Under the pieces are notes generated by a model. That model searched no databases. It was not told where the DNA came from and was given only the letters and a program-made list of their open reading frames with translations. From Heptranchias perlo (lineage: Eukaryota): a stretch of 64,000 bases of DNA. The position numbers and the translations under genes are program-made. The stretch lies in contig NC_090366.1 in assembly GCF_035084215.1 (NCBI RefSeq), forward strand, positions 10,230,001 through 10,294,000, read 5' to 3'. Below are positions 59,171 to 64,000 of the stretch, one piece after another. Position 1 is the stretch's first letter. Each line of letters begins with the position of its first letter.

Positions 59171-61299
59171 GGTAAGTCCACTGTATTTTATCACTATTTA
59201 TCACTAAACTGAGAGTTCTTGTCCCCTCCCAATGCATCTTTCCTTTTCAGAACATATTGTGGTAAAAACTTGTCCTGGGCGTAGCTAAGTGCTTACGGTT
59301 GTGCCTGATCCTGTGCTTACTCAGCCATGGCATGGGCACTTTGCCCAGCTGGAAACGGCTCACTCGACAGTGATCAGGAATGGGAAACGCTGGCTGTTTT
59401 CTGCCACTTAGGCCAGGAGCGTCGAGGCCATTCACAGTGCGGCCACTGCTATGCTAGCACATACCTGAAATTGAAGCTTGGGATCATCTCACAACTGGCG
59501 AAGTCTTTACCCTCAAACGGCATGTGTTATCTCTGACATAAACCAGCAAGGTGATTAAGACTTCATAATTAACCCATTAGTTGCACAGCACCTTGGGACA
59601 TCCCGAAAACGGGAAAGGCTATAGGTAAATGCACATTGTTTCAGTTGCCTTTCACGCGGAGACATGTGTGACACCTGTTTGTATTGTATCAAGCTCGACT
59701 CAGCAATTACCTTCTCGGGTCGCGAATATGGTCCTACAGGCTCATTATATTACCATCGTCCATATCTGTGCGTTCCAAATAAAAACGGAGTTAAAATAAA
59801 ATCACTAATTTAAACGTTAAGAGCTCACCTGGCTTGTTGCAGCATAACACGCACCCCAAATTTAATGACTGTAAAATGTTCTAATAACAAGGGAGGAGGG
59901 ATGATTTCTTTTGGTCACCATTTGCAGTGAAATCTAAATCTTCCGGACCGCTTACAAATTCGCTGGAAATGAGAACGATGGGAAATCTTCCCACTATGAT
60001 TAAATTCTTCGTGGACTGAAGGCTTCGTGGGACAAGGTTGGGAGAGCGCTATAAGATTAAGATAGGGTTTGATAGGGTGGATGGAGAGAAGCTGCTTCCA
60101 CTTGCGGGGGAGACCAGAACTAGGGACCATGAATATAAGATAGTCACTAATAAATCCAATAGGGAATTCAGGAGAAACTTCTTTACCCAGAGAGTGGTGA
60201 GAATGTGGAACTCGCTACCACAAGGAATAATTGTGATGATTCGCTTTGATGTATTTAAGGGGAAGCTGGATCAACACATGAGGGAGAAAGGACTAGAAGG
60301 ATATGCTGATAGGGTGAGATGGAGTAGGGAGGGAGGAGGCTCGTGTGGAGCATAAACATCAGTATGGACCAGTTGGGCCGAATGGCCTGTTTCTGTGCTG
60401 CATATTCTGTGAAATTCTCGGTAAATCTATGTAAATATTTGAAAACGCATTTACGACGTGTCTACGTAAAGAGTGCAGAGCAATCCCATAAGAATGTACA
60501 CATCTTCGCAAATCCGCAACTCACTCAGCAGAAGTATATGAACCCTGAACGAATACCATAAAAGGGTCAGATCAGATTCCATTGTCAGTTCAGACCCGGT
60601 TTATCTCCATCCCCACTGTTTCTGTTACCGAGTGACGATGGACGCACAGAAGTTCAACATTAAGTTTCCTTTTCTTGCGATGTAACCAATTGAGACTCAC
60701 GGTCGCTGCTGGGAGTTTGTCAGTTACTGAACAATGTGCAGGATCTATCCAGCATGGGGACAGGTGAACATGGAACAATTAACATAACTGAACGCGAATA
60801 CGATGTACATCGTTATGGGGGTAGGGTTTGATGCAATCTCCTATCTCCCCGAACACTGCAGGAACGCACGTAAGAAAGAATATCGTTCAGAGGATATTTA
60901 ATAAATTCACTTTTTTTTTGGCGTGTTTGATCTGCAATCTCAAACTTTTTTTCAATGTTTTACCATTGGCCGCTGGTTTTACAGCACTGTATGGGACTTA
61001 ATCGTTGATGCATTTTCTTCTTTTCATTTCAAATATTATATCAGCTGGTGTCTAAATAATCAATGCACATAATAATTTCGCCTCAAAGTTTGCTGGGTTT
61101 CCCCACGGCTCAAAGTGCAGCCTTCGTGCTGGGGATTTTGGAAGAATCGATTTGCTTTGGTGGCGTGTTGTGTCAACCGTGGCTCAGTGGGTGGCGCTTT
61201 CGCCTCTGAGTCCATGGGTTCGCTCGTTGGTTCAAGTCCCATCTCACGAGCACATAATCCAGGCAGACTCTCCAGTTCAGGTTTACTGGGAAGATTCCC

Positions 61300-61855
61300 T
61301 TAAATCACTGTTTAGACCTCAGCTGGAGTATTGTGTCCAATTGTGGGCAACACACTTTAGGAAGGATGTCACGGCCTTGGCAGAGGGTGCAGAGGAGATT
61401 TACCAGAATAGTAACAGGAATGCAGGACTTTAGTTATGCAGAGACTGCCCAAACTGGAATTGTTCACCTTGGAGCAGAAAAGGTTAAGGGGAGATTGAAT
61501 AGCAATGTTCAAAGTCATGAAGGGTTTTGATAGAGTAAATAAGAGAAATTATTTTCACTGCAAGAAGGGTCGGTAACCAGAGTTCATATATTTAAGGTAA
61601 TTGGCAAAAGAGCCAGAGGTGAGGTGAGAATATATTTTTTTTATGCAGCCCGTTATTATGATCTGGAATGCACTTTCTGAAAGGGTGGTGGAAGCAGATT
61701 CAGTGGTATGTTTCAAACGGGAATTGGATAATTACTTGAAGGGAAAAATATTGGAAGATTTTCAGGAAAGGAGGATGGAGCGGGACTAATTAGATAGCTC
61801 TTTCAAAGATGTACCGAATGGCCTCCTTCTCTGCCGTATGATTCTATGATTCTAT
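61300..61855 (+). mobile_element. Degenerate CR1 3' fragment
   Basis: KSLFRPQLEYCVQLW in ORF 61152..61433; tatgattc-repeat tail. Confidence 0.82.
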
Positions 61856-62029
61856 CTCACCATATCTCCTTTTGTATTGCGCTATTATCACTTCTGTCAT
61901 TTAATCAGCTCCTGTTCTCCAACTGATCATTTCACAAGCAATTTCTTCTGTATGTGGTGTTTACCGCTTTCCACTCCCCCACTCCCATCCCTGTTGTTTC
62001 TTACAAGCTGTTATCGGTAATATTGCCCA

Positions 62030-62064
62030 GTTCTGACGAAGGGTTACAGACCTGAAACGTTAAC
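62030..62064 (+). ncRNA. Minimal hammerhead-like motif in a probable Penelope-derived tail (~61860-62150)
   Basis: gtt-CTGACGA-agg(gttacaga)cct-GAAA-cg-TT-aac with palindromic AACGTT. Confidence 0.6.
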
Positions 62065-62399
62065 GTGTTTTCCTTTCTCCGCAGAGGCAGTCTGATCTAA
62101 TTCTACATTTTCGTTTTTGTCTCAGAATTCCAGCAACTGCGGTATTTTGTTTATTGCCCCTGTTGTCTGCAGTGCGTCACACACTGCACTGATTGCTGAT
62201 CCACACGCTAGGACCAATGTCCTGGCGAATTGAATAACTAGGGCGATATATAGGGCTTCAAACTAATAGGAGGAAGGGAGGGTTCAGGGAATGGTAATTT
62301 TAATTTTACCAGTCTAAAAAGAAATGTCAAGGCTTTAGAGCAGAGTAGCGATTTGGATAAAACAAGCAGAGTGTGTCAGGAAGGAACTGAGAGTTTAAC

Positions 62400-64000
62400 A
62401 AAAGGTAATTGAGCATTAGTGACTCAGGTCACATCAGGGAAAAAAAGCAAAATGTTAAAATTAAAGATGCTGTATCTGAATGCACGAAGCTTTCATAACA
62501 AGAATGGCGAATTAAAGGCACAACTAGAGATAAATGGGTTTTATCTAGTAGCTATTAGTGAGATGTGGTTGCAGGGTGACCAAGTTTGGGAACTAAATAT
62601 TCCAGAAAAGATAGACAAAATGGAAAATGAGGAGGACGGGTTGCCCTGATAATAAAGGATGAGATAAAGACAGTAGTGAGAAAGGATCTTAGCTCGGAAA
62701 ATCAGGATGCAGATTCAGAATGGATGGAGCTAAGAAATAACAAGGGGCAGAAAACAGTGGCAGGAGTAGTTTCCAGGCCCCCTGACACATAGTTACAGTG
62801 TTGAACAGAGTATAAATCAGGAAATTAGAGAAGCATGTAACAAGAGTAATGAATAATCATGGGGGGGACTTTAATCTTCATATTGACTGGGCAAACCAAA
62901 TTGGCAAAAGTAGTTTGGAGGACGAATTCATGGAATGCATTCGAGACAGTTTTCTAGAACAATATGTCGAGGAACCAACTAGGGAACAGGCTATATCAGA
63001 TCTAGCATTGGGTAATGAAACATGATTAATTAGTAATCATATAATGAAGGATCCTCTAGGGAAGAGTGATCATGATGCGATAGAATTTCATATTGAGTTT
63101 GAGAGTGATGTAGTCAAGTCCGAATCTATGGTCTTACCTTTAAACAAGGCCAATTACGTAGGTAGGAGGGGTGAGTAGGCTAAGGTAGATTGGAAAACTA
63201 GATTAAAAGATATGAAGGTAGATTAGCAATAGCAAACATTTAAAGAAATAATTCATTATTCCCAACGAATATACATACCTTTGAAGAATAAAAACTCCAC
63301 AGGAAAAGTGATCCAACCATATCTAAATAGAAAACCTAATGATAGCATTAGAGCCTTACAATGCTGTCGAAAAGAATAGTAAGCCTGAGGTTTGGGAGGG
63401 TTTTAGAAATCAGCAAATGATAACCAAGAAATTGATAAAGAGAGGAAATTGAATATGAGAGCAAACTACCAAGAAATATAAAAACAGATTGCAAGAGCTT
63501 CAACAAGTATATAAAACGGAAGAGATTAGCGAAAGTAAACGTGGGTCCCTTAGAGGCAGAGACAGGAGAAATTATAATGGGAAATAAGGAAATGACAGAG
63601 ACGTGAAACAAATATCCTATATCTGCCTTCGCAGTAGAAGATTAAAAAATATAATGGAAATAATTGGAGAACCAAGGGTCTAATAAGAGTGAGGAACTTA
63701 AAGTAATTCAGATTATTAAAGGAAAAGTTTTAGAAAAGTGAATGGGTCTAAAAGCCGACAGATCCCCTGGACCTGATAGCCTACACCCTAAGGTTTTAAA
63801 AGAGGTCACGGAAGAGATAGAGGATGCATCGGTTTTGATCTTCCAGGATTCCCTAAATTCTTGAACCGTCCCCGTGGATTGGAAGAGAGCAAGTGTAACA
63901 CCGCTATTCAGGAAAGGAGGTACAGAGAAAACAGGGAACTATAGACCAGTTAGCCTCACATCAGTAGCAAGGGACATGCTAGAATCTATTATTAAGGACG
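62400..64000 (+). mobile_element. Degenerate CR1 ORF2 5' half (APE endonuclease to start of RT), runs off the window
   Basis: LYLNARS...ISEMWL (ORF 62419..62649), [21 protein letters not shown] motifs with many stops. Confidence 0.88.

Overview
Repeat-rich vertebrate genomic DNA, most likely a shark or other elasmobranch (inferred from the CR1 LINE, Deu-domain SINE, Penelope and Harbinger-Myb content; not database-checked). The ORF track misses the main feature because the genes are spliced: a tandem cluster of Siglec-like (MAG/CD22/CD33-related) Ig receptors on the + strand. Copy 2 (30782-43846) assembles by hand into an open 8-exon, 533-aa protein: signal, V-set with the sialic-acid Arg, three C2-type Ig domains, TM, and a tail with two ITIMs. 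Copy 1 (9026-17701) has intact signal and V exons but a broken C2 exon and no recognisable 3' half. Copy 3 (46239-51010) is a pseudogene in which LINE-coincident deletions left V-TM(Arg) plus a dead ITIM exon. Two paralogous terminal ITIM exons of a convergent minus-strand receptor lie at 26.1 kb and 55.7 kb. Notable oddities: a Tyr-to-TAG change in the distal ITIM-like motif of the intact gene, with independent loss of that motif in the paralogues; a GC-AG intron; a Glu versus Arg TM polymorphism between paralogues; interlocking inverted repeats around one symmetric Ig exon; a near-identity tract limited to a 3' UTR; an E-box-rich 24-bp VNTR; minimal hammerhead ribozymes; a solo LTR; and a 5'-inverted CR1. 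Exon coordinates were read by hand; repeat boundaries are approximate.
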